A stretch of DNA of 64,000 nucleotides from Bacteroidales bacterium (GTDB lineage Bacteria; Bacteroidota; Bacteroidia; Bacteroidales; VadinHA17): positions 4,581 to 68,580 of the forward strand of contig JAFGLJ010000003.1 in NCBI GenBank assembly GCA_016928075.1, read 5' to 3'. This document shows positions 11,005 to 19,690 of this stretch, piece by piece. The notes under the pieces are model-generated. The model had not been told where the DNA came from, did not search any database, and saw only the letters and a program-made list of their open reading frames with translations. Numbering within the stretch: position 1 is the first letter of the stretch; each line of letters starts with the position of its first letter. A program made the translations under genes and the position numbers.

Positions 11005-11604
11005 TTGATATCTATGAAACAGGGTATAGACTTTTTTGCAATAAGGCCGGAAGACAAAATACCGGAAAAAGGAAGGTTACTGATATCAGAACCTTTCCTT
11101 CCGGATACTTTTTTTAACCGGACCCTGGTATACCTTACTGAGCATAATGAGAAAGGTTCGGTCGGCTTTATTATTAACAAGTCAATAAATATTAAGGTTA
11201 GTGATGCCCTGGAAGGATTCCCGGGATGGAATGAAAAACTTACCATGGGTGGCCCTGTGGCACCAGATACTCTCCATTACCTTCATACACTTGGTAATCT
11301 TATTCCCAATAGCGTCTGGGTGGCTGATAATATCTACTGGGGAGGAAATATTGAAGTTATAAAGGACCTTATCAACTCCGGTAAGGCAGGATCAGGGGAT
11401 ATACGTTTTTTCCTGGGTTATTCGGGTTGGGGTGAAGGACAGCTGGAAAGAGAGCTGAAAGAAAATTCCTGGATCATTGCCGATGTGGATCCAGAGGTTG
11501 TTATGAAGTACAGGAAGGATGACAGCTGGAAGACAGTCCTGCGCTCATTGAATAAAAAATACAGGATATGGGCCGAGTTCCCCGAAAGCCCCGAAATGAA
11601 TTAA
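11005..11604 (+). CDS. YqgE/AlgH family protein (UPF0301)
   Basis: LISEPFLPD..F.RTLVYLTEHNEKGSVGFIINK signature and a size of about 190 aa. ATG 11014 is an alternative start. Confidence 0.85.
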   Translation: MISMKQGIDFFAIRPEDKIPEKGRLLISEPFLPDTFFNRTLVYLTEHNEKGSVGFIINKSINIKVSDALEGFPGWNEKLTMGGPVAPDTLHYLHTLGNLIPNSVWVADNIYWGGNIEVIKDLINSGKAGSGDIRFFLGYSGWGEGQLERELKENSWIIADVDPEVVMKYRKDDSWKTVLRSLNKKYRIWAEFPESPEMN

Positions 11605-12614
11605 TGTAGTATTTTGTAAACCAGCTCCTTGAGTAAATCCCCTTCAGAGCTGGATAAATTCCCAACCCCTTTTGATTTCATGTCAAACTCGCGCAATAAA
11701 CTGATAATACTGATTACCTTGCCGTGACTGTAATTGCGCGATGCCAATTCGTAGTCACTTACAAAATACGGGCTAATCCTGAGAATTGATGCTGCATTAT
11801 TTCTTGACTTGTCTTTCAGATTATGATAGATTAGCAGCTTCCTGAAAAAAGAAAAAATGGCTGCCATGGTAACCTGCAACGGGTTATCTTTAGGATTATG
11901 ACCAAAATGATTGACTATAAGGTTGGCCTTGAGAAGGTCTTTACGGCCCAGTGCATTCTGCAGTTCAAAATTATTGAAATCCTTACTTATACCTATGAAC
12001 TTTTCAATATCCGCAGCTGTGATCCTGCGCTCACCCTCGTGTAATGATATCATTAGCTTGCCAAGCTCATTTACTATACGTGAAAGATCAGACCCCAGGT
12101 ATTCAGTTAATATATGACTCACATTTCTCTCAGCTTCAATATTGTGCTCCTGGAAATAATCTTCAATCCAGTCGGGTACCTGGTAATCCCTTAAACGTTC
12201 TGACAGGTATAATTCAACATTTTTGTTCCTGTCAAGTGCTCTGTATAAAGATGTCCGTTTATCAAGCCTGCGGTATTTGTAACTTATTACCAGCACCGTA
12301 CTGTCGAGCGGATGGTCTAAATAACTGGTCAGCAGATCAAGGTCTTTGAGGTAATGGGCTTCTTTCACAATAACAACCTGCTGGTTGGCCATCATAGGGA
12401 AACGGCGGGCGGTATTTATGACAGATGGCATATCGGTTTCTTCACCGTAAAGGACTACCTGGTTAAACGACTTTTCCTCATCCGTAAGAACATTATCCTC
12501 AATGAAATCAATTATGAGGTCAATATAATAAGGCTCGTCACCATGCAGGAAGTATACATTCTTGTATATCTTCTTACTTAAGTCTGAGATTATCCTGTTA
12601 TAATTCTCCTTCAT
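11601..12614 (-). CDS. holA: DNA polymerase III delta subunit
   Basis: 337 aa with an N-terminal YFLHGDEPYYID motif, typical of HolA. Confidence 0.85.
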   Translation of the reverse strand: MKENYNRIISDLSKKIYKNVYFLHGDEPYYIDLIIDFIEDNVLTDEEKSFNQVVLYGEETDMPSVINTARRFPMMANQQVVIVKEAHYLKDLDLLTSYLDHPLDSTVLVISYKYRRLDKRTSLYRALDRNKNVELYLSERLRDYQVPDWIEDYFQEHNIEAERNVSHILTEYLGSDLSRIVNELGKLMISLHEGERRITAADIEKFIGISKDFNNFELQNALGRKDLLKANLIVNHFGHNPKDNPLQVTMAAIFSFFRKLLIYHNLKDKSRNNAASILRISPYFVSDYELASRNYSHGKVISIISLLREFDMKSKGVGNLSSSEGDLLKELVYKILH

Positions 12615-12616
12615 GA

Positions 12617-13387
12617 TTAAACTCTCAGGTGTTTTACTGATATGGCATTTTCCTTTATTTCCTTAAGCGTTGCAATGCCTATACTTAAATGGATTTCAGT
12701 ATAGTGATCGGTTGTCTTTTTATCGCTCTGTTCAGTTTTTATCCCTGCTGATATCATTGGCTGGTCACTGACGAGCAACAGGGCTCCCGTAGGTATCTCG
12801 TTGGCAAATCCAACGGTGAAGATAGTGGCCGTCTCCATGTCAATGGCCATAGCACGTGTCTTCTGCAGGTATTTTTTGAATCTGTCATCGTATTCCCATA
12901 CACGCCTGTTTGTTGTGTACACTGTACCTGTCCAGTATTCCAGTGAATGCCTGTTGATGACAGATGCGAGTGCTATCTGAAGCTTAAATGATGGTAAAGC
13001 AGGTACCTCCAGGGGCAGGTAATCATTAGAGGTGCCTTCGCTCCTTATGGCTGCGATTGGCACTATAAGATCCCCGACTTTGTTTTTCTTCTTCAAACCC
13101 CCGCATTTACCAAGAAAGAGAAGAGCTTTTGGCTTTACTGCTGATAAAAGATCAGTAATAGTAGCGGCATTGGGGCTCCCCATACCAAAATTAATTATCG
13201 TAATACCTTCTGCCGTGGCATTAGGCATGTTCCTCCCGGTACCAATGACTTCAACATTGTGCTTATCGGCAAATAACTGTACATAGTTCTGGAAATTGGT
13301 CAGCAGTATGTACTTGCCAAATTCTTCAATCTTCTTTCCGGTATACCGTGGCAGCCAGTTGTCAACTATTTCAGCTTTTGTTTTCAT
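12617..13387 (-). CDS. amn: AMP nucleosidase (short form, PNP/UDP-phosphorylase fold)
   Basis: 256 aa with nucleoside phosphorylase-family motifs (GMGSPNAA, DMETATIF). It sits immediately upstream of holA. Confidence 0.75.
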   Translation of the reverse strand: MKTKAEIVDNWLPRYTGKKIEEFGKYILLTNFQNYVQLFADKHNVEVIGTGRNMPNATAEGITIINFGMGSPNAATITDLLSAVKPKALLFLGKCGGLKKKNKVGDLIVPIAAIRSEGTSNDYLPLEVPALPSFKLQIALASVINRHSLEYWTGTVYTTNRRVWEYDDRFKKYLQKTRAMAIDMETATIFTVGFANEIPTGALLLVSDQPMISAGIKTEQSDKKTTDHYTEIHLSIGIATLKEIKENAISVKHLRV

Positions 13388-13443
13388 ACATTTAAAATCT
13401 TCATGTTCGTTTCAAAGGGTATCCGGAATTGTATTTATCTGAA

Positions 13444-13451
13444 TATATTTG
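13444..13451 (+). promoter_or_regulatory. Candidate Bacteroidota -7 promoter box (TAnnTTTG)
   Basis: TATATTTG lies 47 nt upstream of the GTG start at 13498, in a divergent spacer. Confidence 0.3.
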
Positions 13452-13497
13452 TTTCTTGTTTAGATAACATTAAGAATTCAAAAATACAAAAACTCGG

Positions 13498-13962
13498 GTG
13501 AAAGAACTTAACCTGCCTGCATATTCAGTAAAATTCAAGTCGGGAGAAGATGGCAAAGCATTGATATTCGATGAAATACGTAAAAAATATGTAGTGCTCA
13601 CTCCTGAAGAATGGGTGCGGCAGCATTTTGTTAATTACCTGGTGACCGAGAAATCATACCCCAGGGGACTGGTGGCTGTGGAGGTGATGTTTAAAATGAA
13701 TAAGCTTATAAGGAGAGCTGATATCCTGATCTATAATAAAAAAGGTGAACCGGTGCTTATCGTTGAATGTAAAGCACCGAAGGTTAAGATAAGTGCTGCG
13801 GTGTTTGACCAGATAGTGGCTTATAATATTAAGTTCAGGCTGAAATATATAGTGGTAACAAACGGGTTGCAGCATTATGCCTGCTCAACAGACCTTGAAA
13901 CAGGGGAATGGTCATTCCTTGATGCTATACCTGATTATGAAGCATTAATACTTGGTATATAA
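13498..13962 (+). CDS. Type I restriction enzyme HsdR N-terminal domain protein (stand-alone)
   Basis: 154 aa with a PD-(D/E)xK-like core (ADILIY ... VECK) typical of the HsdR_N family. It uses a GTG start. Confidence 0.7.
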   Translation: MKELNLPAYSVKFKSGEDGKALIFDEIRKKYVVLTPEEWVRQHFVNYLVTEKSYPRGLVAVEVMFKMNKLIRRADILIYNKKGEPVLIVECKAPKVKISAAVFDQIVAYNIKFRLKYIVVTNGLQHYACSTDLETGEWSFLDAIPDYEALILGI

Positions 13963-13963
13963 A

Positions 13964-14926
13964 ATGATAGATGTATGTTGTGCCATAATAAGAAATGATG
14001 ATTCCGAAATACTGGTAGTACAGAGGGACGAACAAACTGACCATCCTCTGAAATGGGAATTCCCCGGTGGTAAAATAAAGGAATCGGAAAGCGCGGATGA
14101 AAGTATAATAAGGGAGGTGGATGAAGAATTATCAATGGATATTGTTATTACAGATCAGTTATCTGTAGTTGAATATGATTACGGCATTAAGCAGGTGCGC
14201 CTTTTCCCGTTTGTGTGTGATACACTTTCTGATGAACCGGTGCTTATTGAGCATATACAATATAAATGGGTTGAACCCGCCGGTCTTCAGCATATAGACC
14301 TGTGCGAAGCAGATATACTTGTTGCCAGGGAATATCTCGATAGGTATAACCCGCACAGAGAAGGTATTGGTATGGAATCACGCCAACCGAACCATGCAAC
14401 CGGACAACAGATCAGGGAGATGCTTACTGAAAGAGGAGGCTATGACGCCTGCGATATACTGGCTGAAAATATCATTGAAAACCAGGAAATCCTGGATTTA
14501 ATGGTTGATTATTCATTTTCTGAAGATAAACAGCTCGCTTTCAGGGCATCATATTGTATTACCAGGGCTGAGGAAAAAGTTCCGGGCATTACAGAAAAAT
14601 ATTATGGTTTCTTTGCTGAATCATTAATGCAGCTGGATAATGAATCAGTCATAAGAGCCTTCCTGAAAATACTTAATACATATGATTTTAATAAGCTTAA
14701 TGAAGATCATCATGGCTTTATTGCAGACAGCTGTTTTGGATGGCTTAACAGCGGCAAGTCATCAATTGCAATAAAGGCATATTCCATGGATGCCCTGTAT
14801 AAACTCAGTGTTATTTACCCTGAGCTGGTTACCGAACTGAGGTCATCAATCCTGAGGGTAATAGAAGATGGTTCCGCGGGCATAAAAGCCCGCGGAAAAC
14901 AACTTCTAAAACTCCTTCCATCCTGA
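13964..14926 (+). CDS. NUDIX (MutT-like) hydrolase fused to a helical C-terminal domain of about 190 aa
   Basis: Nudix box GGKIKESESADESIIREVDEEL in the first 130 aa or so; the rest is alpha-helical repeat-like. I chose ATG 13964 instead of the TTG at 13952 that overlaps the upstream gene. Confidence 0.75.
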   Translation: MIDVCCAIIRNDDSEILVVQRDEQTDHPLKWEFPGGKIKESESADESIIREVDEELSMDIVITDQLSVVEYDYGIKQVRLFPFVCDTLSDEPVLIEHIQYKWVEPAGLQHIDLCEADILVAREYLDRYNPHREGIGMESRQPNHATGQQIREMLTERGGYDACDILAENIIENQEILDLMVDYSFSEDKQLAFRASYCITRAEEKVPGITEKYYGFFAESLMQLDNESVIRAFLKILNTYDFNKLNEDHHGFIADSCFGWLNSGKSSIAIKAYSMDALYKLSVIYPELVTELRSSILRVIEDGSAGIKARGKQLLKLLPS

Positions 14927-14929
14927 TTT

Positions 14930-14964
14930 ATTCGCGATAATTAGTCAGATTCGTATTAATCCGC
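14930..14964 (+). repeat. ATTCGCGATAATT-type dispersed module
   Basis: ATTCGCGATAATTAGTCAGATTCGTATTAATCCGC. Close copies occur at 45469-45507, and the core recurs at 28457, 28477, 38430, 55564, 61588 and 61608. Confidence 0.9.
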
Positions 14965-15009
14965 CCCGTGTTCTGAACTTCTCGAAAGACCCGCATTCCA
15001 CCTCTTTCC

Positions 15010-15070
15010 CTGCTCCCTGCTCCCTGCCCCCTGCCCCCTGCCCCCTGCTCCCTGCCCCCTGCTCCCTGCT
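15010..15070 (+). repeat. Tandem heptamer array (CTGCYCC), about 8.7 units
   Basis: Units counted by hand: CTGCTCC x2, CTGCCCC x3, CTGCTCC, CTGCCCC, CTGCTCC, then a partial unit. Confidence 0.95.
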
Positions 15071-15083
15071 TAATCCCGCCTCT

Positions 15084-15104
15084 CATAATTCATAATTCAT
15101 AATT
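15084..15104 (+). repeat. Tandem heptamer array (CATAATT) x3
   Basis: Three perfect units that end 2 nt from the stop codon of the convergent gene 15107..17455. Confidence 0.95.
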
Positions 15105-15106
15105 AA

Positions 15107-17455
15107 TCAGTACCAGCTCCTCTGCCTCATCTTATTCTTATCATTCACATCATTGGCGTCAAGAACAAACATTCCCCTGCCATGCGTGGCAATAATGATC
15201 ATGTTATCTCTTGGATGTATTTGCAGATCGTGAACGTAGGCATATGGAAGATCGCCGAGCACCTCGTAATTCTCCCCTCCGTCCTTGCTCACGTAAACAC
15301 CTGCATCAGTACCGACATAAAGTATATTCCTGTTCACCGGATCTTCCCTGATGACGTTAACGGGACCGACAGGTATATTACCCGAAATATCGGTCCATGT
15401 ATCACCAAAATCAGTGGATTTCCATACATACACCTGGAAGTCATCATCACGCCTTCCTGTCTGGGTCATATAAACTGTACCGAGGTCATACATCGAAGCT
15501 GTCAGTCTCGAAACCCATCTTTCAGGTACAGGATCGCTGCGTATTTCTGTCCAGTTCTTACCACCGTCTTTTGTTCTCCATACCCTGCCATCGTCGGTTC
15601 CAGCATAAAGAAGACCGAATTTAAGGGGTGACTCATCAAAGGCAGAAATGGTCTGGTAACTGATGTCACCCATCTTCTCAGGATCATTATAACTGAGATC
15701 GGGGCTGATATACTCCCATGTGTCACCCTGGTCTCTTGACATAAGTACATATTGCATGCAATGGTATACAATATCCTGGTTATGACGCGATACCATGGTT
15801 GGTGCAACCCATTGTCCCCTGAGTCTTGGTTCATCATTGTAGGTGGCAGGCAGTATTTCTTCCTGGCTCTCGGGGTATGTATCCAGTTTGGCCCTTGCGA
15901 GGTTTCCATAGAATGAGCTGGCATAAAGGGTATTATTGTCATCTTTGTTTATAGCATGTGTTGTGCCTTCTGCACCCAGGCAATGCGGCCATTCTGTTGC
16001 CTGTACATTGTCGCGGCCCCGGCTGAGGTCAACTGTTGTGTAAAAACTGTGGTGATCCTGTATCGAGCCGAATACCCTGAAAGGTGTGCTCATATCATAT
16101 TCAATATTGTAAAACTGGGCCAGTGGGAGTTCCTCGATGGGGTACTTCCATGTTTCTCCCCCATCATATGAAATGGTTAATCCACCGTCCTGGACATTGA
16201 GCACATAATTACCGTTACTGGGATCTATCCACATACCGTGATGATCAGCATGAGGTCCGCGCAGGCGTTCGAAAGTTTTACCTCCGTCAGTGCTTTTGCT
16301 AAGCGGTACACCCAGGATATAAACCGTATTCTCATCTGTGGGATCTACCCTTATCTGGCCGAATACCCAGCCATATGTTCCTGAATGCCTTTCCATGTAT
16401 GTTTTCATCTCCGGTGTTAAACCGCTCACCTGCCTCCAGTTTTTTCCACCGTTATCAGTTCTGTAAACAGTAGCTCCTTTTATGACATCCTGCCTCTGGC
16501 GCCCGTATGAATCCAGTTCACCCGGCGTGGCAGGATAGGCAACCTCATAGTTATCCACAAGAGCATAAAGAATATCAGGATCAGTGACTGAAATATCTAT
16601 ACCTATACGGCCAAGCCTGTTGGGCTCGGGCAGGCCATTAATGATTTTTTCCCATGTCCTGCCACCATTGGTCGATTTCCATATGGCACAGTTTTTTGTT
16701 GTTTCATATGTCCGGGGATCATTCCACTTTAACCTCATCCTTTCCCATGTTGTGCAATAAACGGTGTTTGGCTGGCGTGGATCGAGAACAAGATCAAAGA
16801 CACCGGTCATCTCATCAAGATAAAGTATCTTCTCCCATGTCTTCCCTCCATCGGTGGTCTTAAATAATCCCCTTTCTTCATTCGGCGTCCATTCATGACC
16901 CGTGGCTGCCACATATACCATATCCGAGTTTTTTGGATTGATTCTTATCCGTCCTATGGTCATGGTATTCTCCAGGCCCATATTCTTCCATGTCTTTCCG
17001 CCATCAGTGGTTTTGAAAACCCCGCAGCCAGAATTTGAACTTCTGAAAATATTGGCCTCGCCGGTGCCTACCCAAACAACATCTGGATTGTTGGGATCAA
17101 TGGCTATATCACCAATAGATGCCGTGGGCATATCATCAAATACAGGCTCAAACGTGCTGCCTTCATTTTCTGATTTCCATACCCCGCCCGATGCTGATCC
17201 GATCCAGATTGTATATGACTTGCCTCTGGGTGTGACAGCCTCAACATCAGTACAACGTCCGCTGATATTGGTCGGACCTATGTATTGCCAGTGAAAATCC
17301 TTGAAAGTAGATTTTTCCTTCATGGCTGTGTGTTTGGCAAACATATCTGCTTTTTCTTTCCCTGTTAGTACAGGTTCTTTGGTCTGTGCCTGTAAGCTGA
17401 AGCAATAAATACTGGCCAGCAGAAACAGGACTAAAATTTTGATTGTTTTTTTCAT
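15107..17455 (-). CDS. Secreted sortilin/VPS10-type BNR (Asp-box) repeat protein
   Basis: Signal peptide plus repeated S/TxDxGxTW Asp-boxes (TTDGGKTW, STNGGRTW, SYDGGETW, TKDGGKNW). Confidence 0.8.
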   Translation of the reverse strand: MKKTIKILVLFLLASIYCFSLQAQTKEPVLTGKEKADMFAKHTAMKEKSTFKDFHWQYIGPTNISGRCTDVEAVTPRGKSYTIWIGSASGGVWKSENEGSTFEPVFDDMPTASIGDIAIDPNNPDVVWVGTGEANIFRSSNSGCGVFKTTDGGKTWKNMGLENTMTIGRIRINPKNSDMVYVAATGHEWTPNEERGLFKTTDGGKTWEKILYLDEMTGVFDLVLDPRQPNTVYCTTWERMRLKWNDPRTYETTKNCAIWKSTNGGRTWEKIINGLPEPNRLGRIGIDISVTDPDILYALVDNYEVAYPATPGELDSYGRQRQDVIKGATVYRTDNGGKNWRQVSGLTPEMKTYMERHSGTYGWVFGQIRVDPTDENTVYILGVPLSKSTDGGKTFERLRGPHADHHGMWIDPSNGNYVLNVQDGGLTISYDGGETWKYPIEELPLAQFYNIEYDMSTPFRVFGSIQDHHSFYTTVDLSRGRDNVQATEWPHCLGAEGTTHAINKDDNNTLYASSFYGNLARAKLDTYPESQEEILPATYNDEPRLRGQWVAPTMVSRHNQDIVYHCMQYVLMSRDQGDTWEYISPDLSYNDPEKMGDISYQTISAFDESPLKFGLLYAGTDDGRVWRTKDGGKNWTEIRSDPVPERWVSRLTASMYDLGTVYMTQTGRRDDDFQVYVWKSTDFGDTWTDISGNIPVGPVNVIREDPVNRNILYVGTDAGVYVSKDGGENYEVLGDLPYAYVHDLQIHPRDNMIIIATHGRGMFVLDANDVNDKNKMRQRSWY

Positions 17456-17564
17456 AACATTTTTAGTGTTTACAGTATAAAGGATAATGAAATATTAAAT
17501 TAATATCATAGAGTAAATTTAAGTGAAAAAATAATAACCGACAGGTTTATATAATGTGTTCTAT

Positions 17565-17600
17565 AAAATAAAAACAGGTTTACCGGGGATGGCAAACCTG
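17565..17600 (-). terminator. Rho-independent terminator after gene 17639..18139
   Basis: On the minus strand, the stem CAGGTTTGCC/GGTAAACCTG (10 bp, 6-nt loop) is followed by TTTTTATTTT. Confidence 0.7.
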
Positions 17601-17638
17601 CTTTTAAAACCTAAAACCTGAGAATTGGAAAGAAATTT

Positions 17639-18139
17639 TTAGTCTTCTTTTGCGTATATCATACCGTAATCCTTAATTAACTTCGGAAAGTATACCGATA
17701 TTAAGCTTAAGTATCCGGTTTCAGTCATTGGAGCTCTTGTTATAACCTTCTGGTGATAATATTCCAGCCTGTCGAGGTTTTGCTCTGAAGTAGAATACCC
17801 TTCCCCTGCAAAGCGTTCGTCTATTTGCCTGGCCCCAAAAAAATTATTATTACAGATATATTCAATTACAAGATCCTCGGAGATAACAAGGAACCGTGTT
17901 ATACCTTCTTTATTATCATCAACAACTACCGTAAGTGAGTCAGGTGAATTTTCATACCATATCCGGTATGCCCTCAGGGGCTCACCCTTTATCATTTCAA
18001 ATTGTTCAGCCTTATCAATTGTGTAAATGCCCAGCTCACTGTTGGTATTTCCCTGTGCAACCGGCATTTTCACTTCACCCGCAAATGCAAATGATGTTAT
18101 AATAAGAATTAAAAAAGTTAGGTTAAATATTTTTTTCAT
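17639..18139 (-). CDS. Hypothetical secreted protein
   Basis: 166 aa with an N-terminal signal peptide. I recognise no family. Confidence 0.55.
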   Translation of the reverse strand: MKKIFNLTFLILIITSFAFAGEVKMPVAQGNTNSELGIYTIDKAEQFEMIKGEPLRAYRIWYENSPDSLTVVVDDNKEGITRFLVISEDLVIEYICNNNFFGARQIDERFAGEGYSTSEQNLDRLEYYHQKVITRAPMTETGYLSLISVYFPKLIKDYGMIYAKED

Positions 18140-18305
18140 GGCATTCTTAATTCTTTCTGGTGTAACAAATAGATAGTCCTTATTTATTTCTTATTCTCAT
18201 CTAAAAGACCCCTAAACTCACAAAGTGTTGCAAAAAGAAATGTTATTTTTCATTAACATTAGAATCCCCCTTTCGAAGAGGATATGAATGAAGAATATCG
18301 ATTGA

Positions 18306-18353
18306 AGATTTAAGATTGCAGATTTAAGATTGCAGATTTAATCCTTAAATCTG
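18306..18353. repeat. 14-mer tandem repeat (AGATTTAAGATTGC x2) ending in a perfect hairpin
   Basis: Two full units, then CAGATTTAA-tcc-TTAAATCTG (9-bp stem). It lies between two minus-strand genes. Confidence 0.9.
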
Positions 18354-18383
18354 AAATCGTTGATCTATATTCTTCAATCAGGC

Positions 18384-19115
18384 CTAAACTCCCAATTGAT
18401 GAGATACCATAATCCCCTTAATAAATGCAAACAGTAGTAATATGAATATAATTGCCAACCCGATAATTATCCATACCCTGTATTTCCTTACCCACTTGTC
18501 CCTGGCAGTAACCCTGTCAAGTGCATTATTCTGAAGATCAGAGTAATAATCCCTGTATTCATTTATTACTCTGCTGAGACTCAGTTTGTTCACGCCGTAC
18601 GTAAAAAAGAAGACTATAACTATAATTGCTGTGACAAGGGAAATATGATTTATCCTAAATGTACCTTCCACACTGTCTATCATCATATTAAGTGCAAGAA
18701 TCAGGATAATTATAGAAGCCGAGCAGATCCAGAGCCAGATCTCACAATTTATCCTCAGCAGCTTCAGCTTTTTCTGTATCGATTCCAGCAGGTCTCTAAA
18801 GACATAATCTGTCCTGTTGATCCTGTAAATGGTATTCAGACCGTAAAAAAAGAAAACAGATGCACTGATCAGCATTACTGTAGTAAGGATCAATAATGTA
18901 CTATTATTTAGAAAAAGCGATAGATTATATGACAGCATAATAATTGATGCAAACTGTACAATCAGGTATGTTACTATATTAATTTTTACAGGTAGCAGTG
19001 ACCTGTTCATTCTGGGTTTAATGATTGCCCTGATTCTTTCAGGCGAAAGATCCAGATTGTCATATGATTCTCTATTGCTGGTTTCCCATACTGAAAATAT
19101 ATCTGTTATCTTCAT
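18384..19115 (-). CDS. Polytopic membrane protein of unknown function, possible anti-sigma partner
   Basis: About 243 aa from ATG 19115 (the listed ORF starts at 19154 and overlaps the sigma gene), with 4-5 predicted TM helices. It lies directly downstream of an ECF sigma gene. Confidence 0.55.
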   Translation of the reverse strand: MKITDIFSVWETSNRESYDNLDLSPERIRAIIKPRMNRSLLPVKINIVTYLIVQFASIIMLSYNLSLFLNNSTLLILTTVMLISASVFFFYGLNTIYRINRTDYVFRDLLESIQKKLKLLRINCEIWLWICSASIIILILALNMMIDSVEGTFRINHISLVTAIIVIVFFFTYGVNKLSLSRVINEYRDYYSDLQNNALDRVTARDKWVRKYRVWIIIGLAIIFILLLFAFIKGIMVSHQLGV

Positions 19116-19125
19116 GGCTGTTTTT

Positions 19126-19629
19126 TTATAATTCGACTTCAATAACTGAGGCAAGTTTTCTCAGCTGTTCTTTAATTCGTACCATTTTTACACTTACGTT
19201 TTTTTCACTTATGCCCAGGATATCAGAGATTTCTGTATAGCTTTTCTTTTCCAGCCATAGCATAAGCAGGGCTTTATCAAATGGTTTAAGTTGGTTGATC
19301 AGATTATAAAGTACTTGTAAGAGATCTGTTGATTGCAAACCTGTCTCATCCACAATATCCATTTGCTGATAGTTATTTTCTTTTACAGGAAGCCTCCTTT
19401 TATTATAACGAATATATTGGAATGCAGTGTTAAGAGCCACCTTGTACATCCAGGTTGAAAAAACTGATTCATTTCTGAAGGTTGCGTATGACCTCCATAG
19501 CTGGTAAACAATCTCCTGGCTGAGATCCTCCTGGTCGCATCCCCGCTGGCAATAAACATTACATATCTTGTGAATGATATCTTTGTTCTTGCTTATCCGG
19601 TCAATAAATTCACCTTTATCCTTTTGCAT
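19126..19629 (-). CDS. RNA polymerase sigma-70 factor, ECF subfamily
   Basis: 167 aa with region 2 (DLSQEIVYQLW..FSTWMYKVALN) and region 4 (SYTEISDILGISEKNVSVKMVR) signatures. Confidence 0.85.
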   Translation of the reverse strand: MQKDKGEFIDRISKNKDIIHKICNVYCQRGCDQEDLSQEIVYQLWRSYATFRNESVFSTWMYKVALNTAFQYIRYNKRRLPVKENNYQQMDIVDETGLQSTDLLQVLYNLINQLKPFDKALLMLWLEKKSYTEISDILGISEKNVSVKMVRIKEQLRKLASVIEVEL

Positions 19630-19690
19630 GAAGTGTTTTCTTTATTAGTTACAGGGAGATATGATTTACTACAGGTGTGGGTGTACGTTT

